Origin: an uncultured Pseudomonadota bacterium
GTDB taxonomy: Bacteria > Oederibacteriota > Muellerivitia > Muellerivitales > Muellerivitaceae
Direction: 5' to 3'
Length of the DNA stretch: 64,000 nucleotides
Assembly (NCBI GenBank): GCA_963836235.1
Contig: CAWIIP010000004.1
Location: 704,001-768,000 of the forward strand
Position 1 is the stretch's first letter; each line of letters starts with the position of its first letter. The translations under genes were made by a program, and so were the position numbers. Below are positions 1 to 9,188 of the stretch, in pieces. Below the pieces are notes generated by a model, which saw nothing but the letters and a program-made list of their open reading frames with translations, made no database searches and was not told the origin of the DNA.

Positions 1-728
1 TTGTTTATAAGGCCGAATTAACAGGCGCTATTTTGGGGGACTTAAATATTGAAACGACCTCTTCTGGTTTCACGGCAAAGGCCGTAATCCAGAATTATGC
101 CAATGTGGAAGAGGCGACGGAAGTTGCCTTGGAAGTCAACGGAGGCAAGATTTCGTCAAGATCGGTTACGGTTGAAGCCCTGTCTTCCTACGACTTTGAC
201 CTGCCCTACGAAACTTCTAAAGCGGGCTTTTACCGGGTCACCCTTTTGGCACCGGGCCAGTCCGCTCTGTTGGGACAAGCCCTGTTGCCTGCCATTGACC
301 TTTCGGGGGAATGGCTCTTCCAGAAGGGTGACGATCCTTCCTGGTCCAAAACGGATATGGACGATTCCTCTTGGGAAAAAGTGAAGCTCCCGGCCCATTG
401 GGCCGACATTGGGTATACTTGCGAACATTGTTACGGCTGGTACCGCCGGAAGGTTTTCATTCCCGCCGAATGGAAAGGGCACTCGCTTGCGGTTCCCCTC
501 GGCAAGATCGATGACATGGACGCTACTTATTGGAATGGGGTCAAGATAGGCCAGACCGGGGAATTCCCACCCAACTTCCAGGGCTTTTGGGACAAGCCCC
601 GTAAATATGAAGTGCCGGAAGGGAATATCCGTTTCGGCCAAGATAATGTCATCGCCATTCGGGTTTATAACAATACGGGCGGCGCGGGGCTTTACGATGG
701 GCCGTTGGGTCCGATAGAAGTAAAGTAA
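1..728 (+). CDS. 5'-truncated carbohydrate-active protein; C-terminal Ig-like plus galactose-binding (GH2 sugar-binding-type) jelly-roll domain
   Basis: Frame is open from position 3. Motifs IDLSGEWLF..GDD..W, GWYRRKVFIP, LGKIDDMDATYWNG and NVIAIRVYN..GGAGLY are typical of GH2-type sugar-binding domains. Confidence 0.75.
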   Translation, partial: VYKAELTGAILGDLNIETTSSGFTAKAVIQNYANVEEATEVALEVNGGKISSRSVTVEALSSYDFDLPYETSKAGFYRVTLLAPGQSALLGQALLPAIDLSGEWLFQKGDDPSWSKTDMDDSSWEKVKLPAHWADIGYTCEHCYGWYRRKVFIPAEWKGHSLAVPLGKIDDMDATYWNGVKIGQTGEFPPNFQGFWDKPRKYEVPEGNIRFGQDNVIAIRVYNNTGGAGLYDGPLGPIEVK

Positions 729-746
729 AAGGAAAGGTGTGAAAAT

Positions 747-1796
747 ATGAAAAGTTTGAAAGTGTTAATTCTATTGGGCCTAGCTGGGGTCATGTCATTT
801 GGATGCGCCGGGAACCCGCAGGAAAAGTATCCCATCAAGATCGGCCTTTCCATGGACACCCTTCGGGGTGACCGCTGGCCGCGAGACAGGGACATCTTTA
901 CCCAAAAGTGCAACGAACTGGGCATGGGGGTTTTGGTGCAATCGGCGAATTCAGACGACTCCCTCCAGCTCACCCAGGCGGAGAATCTTATCTCCCAGGG
1001 CATTCAAGCCCTGGTCGTGGTCGCCCATAACGACAAGAGCTGCGCTACCATCGTGGAGGACGCCCATAAGGCGGGAATACCCGTCCTGGCCTATGACCGG
1101 CTCATCGCCAATTGCGATCTGGACCTTTACGTTTCTTTCGACAGCGTCAAGGTGGGCGAGATGATGGCCGACACCCTCACCAAGATCAAACCTAAGGGCA
1201 ATTACGTGTTGATGGGCGGGGCGCCAACCGACCACAACGCCATCCTGGTTCGGCAGGGACAAACGCAGGGATTGACCCCTTTCCTGAAGAGCGGTGCCAT
1301 CAAGATCGTGGGGGACCAGTGGTCCAACGATTGGCTGGCGGTGAACGCCTTGAAGAATATGGAAAATATCCTGACCAAGAACGACAACAAGGTGGACGCG
1401 GTGCTGGATTCCTATGACGGGACGGCCGGGGGCTCCATCCAGGCCCTGGCCGAACAGAAACTCGACGGGAAGGTGCTGGTGTCAGGGCAGGACGCCGAAT
1501 TGGCCGCTTGCCAGAGGATTGTGGCGGGAACCCAGACCATGACGGTCTATAAGCCGGTGCGGTTCCTGGCGGCGAAGGCGGCCGAAATGACCTTGAAGCT
1601 GGTCAAGAAAGAGCCTATTACTGAAACGACCGGCACAGTCGATAATGGAAAGATCAAGGTGCCGAGCGTGCTCCTGGACCCCATCCCGGTGACCAAGGAT
1701 AATCTGGTGGACACGGTCATCGCCGACGGGTTCCAAAAGATGGAAGATGTCTATAAGGGAGTTCCCCGAGACCAGTGGCCGAAAGCTTCTAAATAA
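747..1796 (+). CDS. xylF: D-xylose ABC transporter substrate-binding lipoprotein
   Basis: Lipobox SFGC; XylF-type motifs IGLSMDTLR..RW.RDRDIF, LAYDRLI, GGAPTDHNA, SGQDAELAA, QTMTVYKP. Confidence 0.88.
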   Translation: MKSLKVLILLGLAGVMSFGCAGNPQEKYPIKIGLSMDTLRGDRWPRDRDIFTQKCNELGMGVLVQSANSDDSLQLTQAENLISQGIQALVVVAHNDKSCATIVEDAHKAGIPVLAYDRLIANCDLDLYVSFDSVKVGEMMADTLTKIKPKGNYVLMGGAPTDHNAILVRQGQTQGLTPFLKSGAIKIVGDQWSNDWLAVNALKNMENILTKNDNKVDAVLDSYDGTAGGSIQALAEQKLDGKVLVSGQDAELAACQRIVAGTQTMTVYKPVRFLAAKAAEMTLKLVKKEPITETTGTVDNGKIKVPSVLLDPIPVTKDNLVDTVIADGFQKMEDVYKGVPRDQWPKASK

Positions 1797-1842
1797 CCCG
1801 CCCGGATTTTTCGAACACCATTCCGGGTTATCCGGTGTGTCC

Positions 1843-2790
1843 ATGGTTAAAATAGCCACTTGTTTCCCCAGGATTTCTTTGTTGTTGTTGGTGACGGCCC
1901 TATTTGGCCAGGGTTTTCCGGCTCGCGCGCAAGGTTATAAGTGGGTCGCCCAGTGGGGCGGCAAGGGTGTTGGGAATGGGCAATTCGACTCGCCGATTGG
2001 GATAGCTTTAGACCGGTTGGGTAATGTCTATGTTTCGGATTTCGGAAATAACTGTGTACAGAAATTTACCGCCAATGGAAAATTCTTGTTGAAGTGGGGA
2101 AGTAAGGGTGAAGGGGACGGCCAATTCCAGAGGCCGTCGGGTTTGGCGGTGGACAAGGCGGCTATCGTTTATGTGGTGGACGCTGGAAATTGCCGCATCG
2201 AGAAGTTCGACAGCAGTGGGAATTTCATAGCTACGTGGGGAAAACGCGGAAACAGCATGGGCGATTTGGGCTATTACGACGTGGAACCTAAAAGTGTGGC
2301 CCTGGACGGAACAGGTAACGTTTACGTGGTAGATGGCCGTATCCAAAAATTTACTTCTGATGGAAAATTCCTGGCGTTATGGGGCACTTTCGCGAACTTC
2401 AACGGCAATACAAGCTATAATTTTACCGACGCTAAAAGCCTGGCGGCGGACGGCTCCGGCGATATTTACGCGGATGACGTCATGATTTCCAAATTTGGCC
2501 CTGATACTCATTACCTTGGGGAGTTCGGGGCCGTGGGAAAAGGTGAAGGGCAGTTCCGTCTCCCTTGGGGATTGGCGCTAGACGCCTTGGGAAATATTTA
2601 CGTGGCGGATACGGGAAACAACCGGATCCAAAAATTTGATTCCCATGGAAAGTTTTTATCGGCTTGGGGAAACTATGGCTCGGATAAAGGCCAGCTCCGT
2701 AACCCCTATGGCGTGACGGTGGATGATTCGGGGAATGTTTACGTCACGGATTTAGGCAACCACCGGGTCCAAAAATTCGCTCCTGAATGA
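1843..2790 (+). CDS. secreted NHL-repeat six-bladed beta-propeller protein
   Basis: About six NHL repeats (GQF..P.G+A+D..GN+YV.D.GN.R+QKF). Signal peptide follows ATG 1843; the longer ORF start at 1747 overlaps xylF. Confidence 0.88.
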   Translation: MVKIATCFPRISLLLLVTALFGQGFPARAQGYKWVAQWGGKGVGNGQFDSPIGIALDRLGNVYVSDFGNNCVQKFTANGKFLLKWGSKGEGDGQFQRPSGLAVDKAAIVYVVDAGNCRIEKFDSSGNFIATWGKRGNSMGDLGYYDVEPKSVALDGTGNVYVVDGRIQKFTSDGKFLALWGTFANFNGNTSYNFTDAKSLAADGSGDIYADDVMISKFGPDTHYLGEFGAVGKGEGQFRLPWGLALDALGNIYVADTGNNRIQKFDSHGKFLSAWGNYGSDKGQLRNPYGVTVDDSGNVYVTDLGNHRVQKFAPE

Positions 2791-2829
2791 GGAGCGGCGT
2801 AATAATCCTTTTGAAGAAATGAGTGAAAC

Positions 2830-3621
2830 ATGAAAAAATCCGTTCTCCCGCTGATATGCCTATTACTGGCTGTTGCTCCCGTCCAAGCCGATACCAGCAA
2901 ATCGACAACTGAGTTCCTCAAAAAATTAAATGGCTATTACTACTGTCTTTCCCGAGAAGGACTGAAGAGTTACCACTGCGATTTGAGCTGTTCCTTAACC
3001 CCCGACTCGGAAAAAAGCCTTCAGTCGAAAGGGATTTACGATGAAAAACTTTGGGAGGCCGCCAAGGGTTTCCGGTTCTCGGTGGACGACGTTAGCGGAC
3101 AGCCCATTTCCATTAAGGGCATTCAGCCCGCGAAAACAGGCGATCCGGGGCTAGACGCCAGGGTCGTCCAATTGGATCAAAATGTTTTAGAGGCCGTAAG
3201 GGCCTTTTCTCAATTTTGGAAAGCTTTCGTTGTGGAACCATTAAATGACCCGTCGGACTTGGAACAGGGAACTTTAAAGTTTCAAAGACTGGCCGAGGGA
3301 TTCAAGGTTTCCCAGCCCGATCCCTCGGGCGGGATGGTGGCCGTTACATTTGATAAGAAAGGGAAAATGACGGAATTTTCCATGGAGGGAAACGGGTCCA
3401 AGACCATTGTCAAGCCGGATTTTATTTATTCCTCGAAGGGCTATTTATTGGCGGGGATGATTTTTTCGGCAGCCGATGTCCAGCAGGAATGCAAATTGGA
3501 CTATGGGATCCAAGGCGTCTTCTGGATGCCAAAAGATTTGACCTTAATCGTCCAGCTTCCGGGAATGCCGGGCGCAGGTATCGAACTCTTTTTTAATTTT
3601 TCAGGTTATCAGGTTAATTAA
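2830..3621 (+). CDS. hypothetical secreted protein
   Basis: 263-aa ORF with signal peptide MKKSVLPLICLLLAVAPVQA; no recognised domain. Confidence 0.75.
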   Translation: MKKSVLPLICLLLAVAPVQADTSKSTTEFLKKLNGYYYCLSREGLKSYHCDLSCSLTPDSEKSLQSKGIYDEKLWEAAKGFRFSVDDVSGQPISIKGIQPAKTGDPGLDARVVQLDQNVLEAVRAFSQFWKAFVVEPLNDPSDLEQGTLKFQRLAEGFKVSQPDPSGGMVAVTFDKKGKMTEFSMEGNGSKTIVKPDFIYSSKGYLLAGMIFSAADVQQECKLDYGIQGVFWMPKDLTLIVQLPGMPGAGIELFFNFSGYQVN

Positions 3622-3759
3622 CCGCCGAAAACGAAGAATAAATGCTTTGGAAAATGGTTTTTCTCCCCCGATTTCCATTTTCGAGCGAAAAAGAAACCGA
3701 CATTTTGAGTTTGAATCGTTTTTACTTCGCTCTCCTTTTTTACCGAGAATTTTAAAATT

Positions 3760-3788
3760 GGAACTTTTATTCATATTTTTCCGTCAAA
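3760..3788 (+). promoter_or_regulatory. ECF sigma (sigmaE-type) promoter
   Basis: GGAACTT (3760-3766), a 16-nt spacer and GTCAAA (3783-3788) match the RpoE-type consensus, 47 nt upstream of ATG 3836. Confidence 0.6.
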
Positions 3789-3835
3789 GAACTGGGAGCT
3801 GTAAAGCCCGAAATAAAATTTTTGAGGAGTTTTAC

Positions 3836-4039
3836 ATGAAGAAAGTTATTGCCGCTTTGATGACGGTGTTGTTCCTGGGTAGCGCCGGTTTGGTGTTGGC
3901 GCAAACGCCAGCCCCGGCTGCCGCTGCTCCGGCCGCCACTCCGATGCCGATGAAGAAGAAGCACAAAAAGAAGAAAAAGGCCATGATGGAAGCCACTCCA
4001 GTCGCCGCCGATGCTTCGACCACGCCTGCCGCTAAGTAA
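3836..4039 (+). CDS. small secreted Lys/His-rich disordered protein (Asr-like composition)
   Basis: RBS GAGGAG then ATG 3836; 67 aa with signal peptide ending VLA-Q, Ala/Pro-rich segments and KKKHKKKKK; followed by a terminator. Confidence 0.8.
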   Translation: MKKVIAALMTVLFLGSAGLVLAQTPAPAAAAPAATPMPMKKKHKKKKKAMMEATPVAADASTTPAAK

Positions 4040-4071
4040 GTTGGAATCCTCTCTTTAGGGGAGGAGGACTC

Positions 4072-4105
4072 AAGACCCCCGGACGAAAGTCCGGGGGTCT
4101 TTTTT
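4072..4105 (+). terminator. rho-independent terminator
   Basis: Perfect stem AAGACCCCCGGAC-GAAA-GTCCGGGGGTCTT running into a T tract. Confidence 0.9.
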
Positions 4106-4137
4106 ATGTCCAGACCTTCTTGTGCTAAAATCCCCAC

Positions 4138-4722
4138 ATGCAAGACCCCGCCCGAACTGTTCTTTTCAATCCTGCGCAAATCCAACAAGCGGTCCATGGG
4201 ATAGCCGGGGATATCTCCGCTTGGATCAAAACGGCACCTTATAAATGTTTGAACTTGGTTTCGATCCTGGAAGGAGCAAGGCCCTTTACCCGCGATCTGA
4301 CGATTCATCTCAAAGAACTTATCCCGGAAACCGAAATTCTCATCCATGAGGTCCGTATCAGGGGTACGGAGGGAACCCGACTTTTGAAAGAAAGGCAATG
4401 GCAGGAGGGCGGACTTAATTCTGAATCCATCCAAAACTATCCGATTCTTCTTGTTGACGATTTGGTGGACTCGGGTCTGACCTTGAAATGGTTAAGATCG
4501 GAACTTCTAAGCTTGGGTACGAAAGAAATTAAAACGGCGGTTCTTCTGAGGAAGTTCGGCGAGGCCGGCGGCCAGGTGGACTTTTGCGGATTCGACTTGA
4601 ATCTCAACCGCGAAGCCTTGGCCGAAAAGGGACTAAAAGATTATTGGCTTTTTGGCTATGGGATGGACCTGAACGGTGAAAGTAGGGAACTGGATACGAT
4701 TGGGTGGGTAGAAATAAAGTAG
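4138..4722 (+). CDS. type I phosphoribosyltransferase, hypoxanthine PRTase-like
   Basis: PRPP-binding loop ILLVDDLVDSGLTL, ILEGA..F..DL and C-terminal FGYGMD as in Hpt. Confidence 0.8.
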   Translation: MQDPARTVLFNPAQIQQAVHGIAGDISAWIKTAPYKCLNLVSILEGARPFTRDLTIHLKELIPETEILIHEVRIRGTEGTRLLKERQWQEGGLNSESIQNYPILLVDDLVDSGLTLKWLRSELLSLGTKEIKTAVLLRKFGEAGGQVDFCGFDLNLNREALAEKGLKDYWLFGYGMDLNGESRELDTIGWVEIK

Positions 4723-4725
4723 GAA

Positions 4726-5733
4726 TCAGAATAAATATTTCTTTGTGAGTTTTGTGAGAACCGGGGCCACCTCGTCCCGGATATGGGTGTTGGCGTAACC
4801 CACCCAATCCATACCCGTTGTCGTGTCCATAGGCCCGTCCAAGGGTTTACCCTGGGCGTCAGTCAGGATGATACCCGCTTCCATGCCCACCAAAGAAGCG
4901 GCCAGGTCATAAGGATGGCACACGTGGCCGGTTCTTTTTCCCTCCCGGCTCAATTTGGAATAAAGACTTTGGCGTAAATCGGCCGTGAAGCGGTCCTTGC
5001 CCGTCAAAAGCTCGTATAATTGCCCACCGGTGCTGAGGTATTGGTCATCGAAAGCGGCGATTTCCCCGTCCTTCAAGTTTGGAAAAAGTTCCTTTACCAT
5101 CTCCTCTTCCATGGCCGAAAGGATATCCTTGCCTGGATGCACGAAGCGGACGATTTGTCCGAATCCCCCGCGAATTGATGGCTCCTGGGTGGGAGAGGGC
5201 TTCCAATCTTGCTTGGTTCCGTCCAAGAGATTGCGTGTGAAGCCTTGGGTTCCGCCTCTCTGGATGGCCCATAGGGAGGTGCCTAAAAAGGCCCGGTCGG
5301 TGGGGATTTCGACCATCACGGCGGTCTGGATGGCCGCAAGGCGGGTGCCAGGACCTTGATTGGGGGCAGCCCCAGCTAGGAAAAAAGCCGAACGCTTGCC
5401 AACCATGATCTCCCGGGTGCCGTCGATGGGATCGACAATCAGTCGCCAGGCGGCCTTCGATTCGGGCATTCCTTCAGGAAAAACATTAACTTTATCCTCG
5501 TTCATCCCTTCGGCAATCAGCACGATTCCACCTAAGGCATCCGCTTCTTTTTTGAGGAACTCTCGGATCGTTTCTTCGGCATCTAGGTCGATTTGATAAA
5601 TGACGTCTGAAGCCGCTTTGCCGTGGATTTGGGAGCGGTCTTCGAAGGGCCGGGAAGCCAGGGCTTTTCGGACATCATCCCGGACTTTTTCACCTAGTTG
5701 TAGAAGAGGTTCAATAAGTACGATGGGGTTCAT
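4726..5733 (-). CDS. inositol monophosphatase / FBPase (FIG) superfamily phosphatase
   Basis: D+IYQID..AE, LIAEG, IVDPIDGT and C-terminal HPYDLAA motifs. Confidence 0.8.
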   Translation of the reverse strand: MNPIVLIEPLLQLGEKVRDDVRKALASRPFEDRSQIHGKAASDVIYQIDLDAEETIREFLKKEADALGGIVLIAEGMNEDKVNVFPEGMPESKAAWRLIVDPIDGTREIMVGKRSAFFLAGAAPNQGPGTRLAAIQTAVMVEIPTDRAFLGTSLWAIQRGGTQGFTRNLLDGTKQDWKPSPTQEPSIRGGFGQIVRFVHPGKDILSAMEEEMVKELFPNLKDGEIAAFDDQYLSTGGQLYELLTGKDRFTADLRQSLYSKLSREGKRTGHVCHPYDLAASLVGMEAGIILTDAQGKPLDGPMDTTTGMDWVGYANTHIRDEVAPVLTKLTKKYLF

Positions 5734-5750
5734 ACGGGTGAAATGAAACC

Positions 5751-6767
5751 CTATTTTCGTCGATTAGGGTTTTTTGTTTTTTTCCCGAACCATTTTTGGT
5801 GCCAGGCCCAGGCGGTCTTAAGAACATTGTTCAAGTCCGAATGCTTGGGAGTCCATTTTAAGACTTCCGTGGCCTTGCGGTTATCGGCCACCAATTGGGG
5901 TGGGTCGCCCGCGCGGCGGGGCCCGGTCTTCAATGGGATTTTCCTGCCCGTGACCTTTTCCGTTTCGGTAATGACTTCCCTCACCGAGTAGCCATGGCCT
6001 GTTCCCAAATTAAAAAAGTCGCTCTTGTTCCGTTCCATCATTAGCTTCAGGGCGAGGAAGTGGGCCTCGGCCAGGTCGCTCACGTGGATATAATCCCGGA
6101 TACAGGTTCCGTCGGGCGTGGGATAGTCTTCGCCAAAAACCGTGATGTGGGACCGGCGACCCATAGCCGCGTCCAAGATCAGGGGGATCAAATGGCCCTC
6201 CGGTTCATGAACCTCGCCGACCCGGCTCTGGGCGTCCGCCCCGGCGGCGTTGAAATAGCGCAGGAAGGTGGAACGGAAACCATAGGCCCGGTCATACCAG
6301 GAAAGAATTTTTTCGAGCATCAGCTTGGAATCCCCATAAGGGTTCACGGGGTTTTGGGGATGGCTTTCGGACATGGGCACATGAACGGGGTCGCCATAGG
6401 TGGCGCAAGTGGAAGAAAGGATGAAGTAGTTGACCTTCGCTTCCCGCATCACACTCCAGAGGTTCATGGCGTTGGTCAGGTTGTCCTGGTAGTACTTGGC
6501 GGGATTGACGACCGATTCCCCCACGGCGCAATGGGAGGCGAAATGCATGACGGCGAGGGGTTTGAATTTCTTGAAGGCCCGACGCAGGGCGGTGGTGTTG
6601 GACAGTTCGGCCTTAACTAGGGTGCCTTCCTTCACGGCCCATTTGTGTCCTTCCGAAAGGTTGTCGTAAGCCACCGGGGTAAATCCGTGGGAAGTTGCCG
6701 CCAACATGGCATGGCTGCCGATATACCCGGCTCCGCCGGTGATGAGAATGACAGGTTTATTGGCCAA
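5751..6767 (-). CDS. galE: UDP-glucose 4-epimerase
   Basis: TGGAGYIGSH, HFA....GES, NPYG.SK, LRYFNAAGA, DYPTPDGTCIRDYIHV.DLA, FNLGTG.GYSV, RRAGDP. Confidence 0.95.
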   Translation of the reverse strand: MANKPVILITGGAGYIGSHAMLAATSHGFTPVAYDNLSEGHKWAVKEGTLVKAELSNTTALRRAFKKFKPLAVMHFASHCAVGESVVNPAKYYQDNLTNAMNLWSVMREAKVNYFILSSTCATYGDPVHVPMSESHPQNPVNPYGDSKLMLEKILSWYDRAYGFRSTFLRYFNAAGADAQSRVGEVHEPEGHLIPLILDAAMGRRSHITVFGEDYPTPDGTCIRDYIHVSDLAEAHFLALKLMMERNKSDFFNLGTGHGYSVREVITETEKVTGRKIPLKTGPRRAGDPPQLVADNRKATEVLKWTPKHSDLNNVLKTAWAWHQKWFGKKTKNPNRRK

Positions 6768-6846
6768 GGTCGCCTCCTAGGGGATATGGGCTTTATTTTT
6801 ACCATGAAGGGCGAAAGAGAACGAGCTAAAACGGATTTCTGAGCCG

Positions 6847-9162
6847 TTAACTTTCCTTGATGGTGAATTTCACCTTAGGGTGGACGCCCTTGATCAATTC
6901 CCAGTCCGTGCCGTGCTTGGCGACGATCAGTTTACGAAGGATTTTGTCCTGGGGAAGGGCCAAGAGGCCCTGGGATTCGATCGCCGAACCGTAAACCCGC
7001 AGCTCGATTTTGGACCAGTCCATATCCTGGGTCGATTGGGAAAGGGCCAAATGGGGTAGGACCGCCCCGTTTTTCACCAAAATCACGCAGGGGATGGCGC
7101 CGGCCTTGATCTTGTGCCATTTGCCGCCGTGGTAAAGGGCCTTGGATTGGTAGTCCACCCAAAGTCCGGGCGGCAGATAGACCTCCCTTTCGTTGACCTG
7201 CTCGAAGAGCGGAGCCACCAGAATGTCCGAGCCGAACATATATTCGTCCTCAATCAGCCAGGAAGTGGGGTCCTCGGGATACTCGAAAAAGAGGGTCCGG
7301 AGCATGGGGAAGCCCCTCTTGGCGCTTTCTACGGCCTGCGTGTAAACGTAAGGCATGAGCTTGTATTTCATTTCCACCGACAGCCGGAACTCATCCTCAA
7401 AGGGTTTGCCATAAACCCAGGGTTCCCGGGGTGGCACCCCGTGGCAACGGCTGTGGGAGGTCAGCATGCCGAAGGGTGTCCAGCGGCGGTAAAGCTCCTT
7501 TTCCGCCGGATGCACGAAGCCGCCGATGTCGTGGCTCCAGAAGGAAAAGCCACATAGGCCGAGGGAAAGCCCGCCTCTTAAAGAAGAAGCCATTCCGCCA
7601 AAAGAATCCTCGGCGTCGCCGCCCCAATGCAGGGGATAGCGCTGGCTTCCGGCCCAGGCGCTCCGGGCCCAAATGATATTCTCGCCCGTCACCTGCTTGG
7701 TGATATCCGCGGCGGCCTTGTTGTAGCGCAGGGGATAATAATTATGTTCCGAAAAGCCGGTTTTGCCGGAGTGGTAGACACCTTTGAGGGGGGCCGCCTC
7801 GCCGAAGTCCACCTTGATGGCGCCCACGCCCATCTTCAAAAGCCCAGCCAATTTGCCCTGGTACCACTTGACGGTTTTCGGATTGCTGAAATCCAGGGTA
7901 GCGTCCTCAGTGGGCAGGTTGCCCTTGCCATCGGTGACCGCCAGCTTTTGATCGAGAATTTCCTTGAAGAGGCGGTTTTTGGGATTGAAGTAGGACAATT
8001 GCCAGAGGCTGATCTTAAAACCCTGTTTCGCCAAGTCCTTGATCATCTTAAGCGGATTTTTGAAACGAGAGGTTGAGAATTTGTAATCACAGCGCCAGTC
8101 TTCCTCAAACCAGCCGGTGTCCAGATGGATGACGTCCGATGGGATTTTGTGGTCCCGCAGCTTCTTCGCCACGTCCCTTGCTTCCTTCTCGGATTTGTAG
8201 GTGCAACGGCTCATCCAAAGCCCGAAGGACCAGAGGGGCGGGACGGGGCTTCGGCCCGTCAAGGCGGTATATTCGGAAAGGACTTCCTTGGGCTCTCCCA
8301 GAAAAACAAAGAGGTCCAAGTCCTCGTCGCCGGTAAAGAGGGTGGTGGTCTCGCCGTAGGAATGGCCGAAGTCGAAGGTGGCGGGGTTGGTTGTGTGCAG
8401 GAACATGCCGTAACCCCGGCTGCTCATAAAGAAGGGGACGGGTTTGTACATGCCGTCATGCTGGACGCCGTGGCAATCGTAGGTCCAAAGGACCACCTTT
8501 TGGCCCCGCTTATTGAGCTTGGTGAAGGACTCGCCACAGCCGTAAATTTTTTCGTCATTGGTCAGGCTGAAAGTGGCGGCGAATTGGCGGCCATATTCAG
8601 GGGTGGGGCGCTGGAAGCAGAAGGGCAGGGGGTCGGTATTGCGCAGGCTCCGGTTGTCCTTCAAATGGACGGTCTTGGTCAGGAGTTTGCCCGAGGCATC
8701 GTGGATTTCGATGGCCCAGGGGTTCTCTATTATAGATACAGACCCGGCCTTGCCTTTATAGGTGATGCGGCCCTTGGCTTTGGTGACCTTCCAGGGGCTG
8801 GTGGCCTTGGGTTCGCCATTCAACATGAGGGAAGTTTCTTTAGTTTTTGGGTAGTCACGGCCCTTGAAGCGCAGGCGCAGGGTGCGGTCGCCGTAAAACT
8901 GGATGGAGAAGGGATAGGGTTCCTTCTCGCCGCCATATTCGGCAGGGAATTCCCAAGGTGGATTGGTAATGAGGTTGATGCCTTCCTGGTTGAAGGCCAT
9001 TCGTACCTTATAGGCGTAGCGGCCCCAAAGGATGTCGCCAGAGGCTTTTGCGGCGTCGAATCGGTTGAGTTTCTCGGGGAGGAACATCGTATTTTCCAGA
9101 TTTGAAAAGCTCCGGCTTATGTCCACTGGATGGTTCAACAGAGTGTAAGGATGCTCTTTCAT
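6847..9162 (-). CDS. yicI: GH31 alpha-xylosidase (no signal peptide)
   Basis: YGCGESF, MYKPVPFFMS, PPLWSFGLWMSR, nucleophile motif IKVDFGE, HWGGD, WSHDIGGF, SHSRCHG. Confidence 0.88.
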   Translation of the reverse strand: MKEHPYTLLNHPVDISRSFSNLENTMFLPEKLNRFDAAKASGDILWGRYAYKVRMAFNQEGINLITNPPWEFPAEYGGEKEPYPFSIQFYGDRTLRLRFKGRDYPKTKETSLMLNGEPKATSPWKVTKAKGRITYKGKAGSVSIIENPWAIEIHDASGKLLTKTVHLKDNRSLRNTDPLPFCFQRPTPEYGRQFAATFSLTNDEKIYGCGESFTKLNKRGQKVVLWTYDCHGVQHDGMYKPVPFFMSSRGYGMFLHTTNPATFDFGHSYGETTTLFTGDEDLDLFVFLGEPKEVLSEYTALTGRSPVPPLWSFGLWMSRCTYKSEKEARDVAKKLRDHKIPSDVIHLDTGWFEEDWRCDYKFSTSRFKNPLKMIKDLAKQGFKISLWQLSYFNPKNRLFKEILDQKLAVTDGKGNLPTEDATLDFSNPKTVKWYQGKLAGLLKMGVGAIKVDFGEAAPLKGVYHSGKTGFSEHNYYPLRYNKAAADITKQVTGENIIWARSAWAGSQRYPLHWGGDAEDSFGGMASSLRGGLSLGLCGFSFWSHDIGGFVHPAEKELYRRWTPFGMLTSHSRCHGVPPREPWVYGKPFEDEFRLSVEMKYKLMPYVYTQAVESAKRGFPMLRTLFFEYPEDPTSWLIEDEYMFGSDILVAPLFEQVNEREVYLPPGLWVDYQSKALYHGGKWHKIKAGAIPCVILVKNGAVLPHLALSQSTQDMDWSKIELRVYGSAIESQGLLALPQDKILRKLIVAKHGTDWELIKGVHPKVKFTIKES

Positions 9163-9188
9163 GGAATCTCCTTTAGATGACGGCCATT

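Noticed and set aside
1793-1831. Inverted repeat ATAACCCG...CGGGTTAT after xylF as a terminator
   Set aside because: Large loop and no U tract; at most an mRNA-stabilising hairpin.
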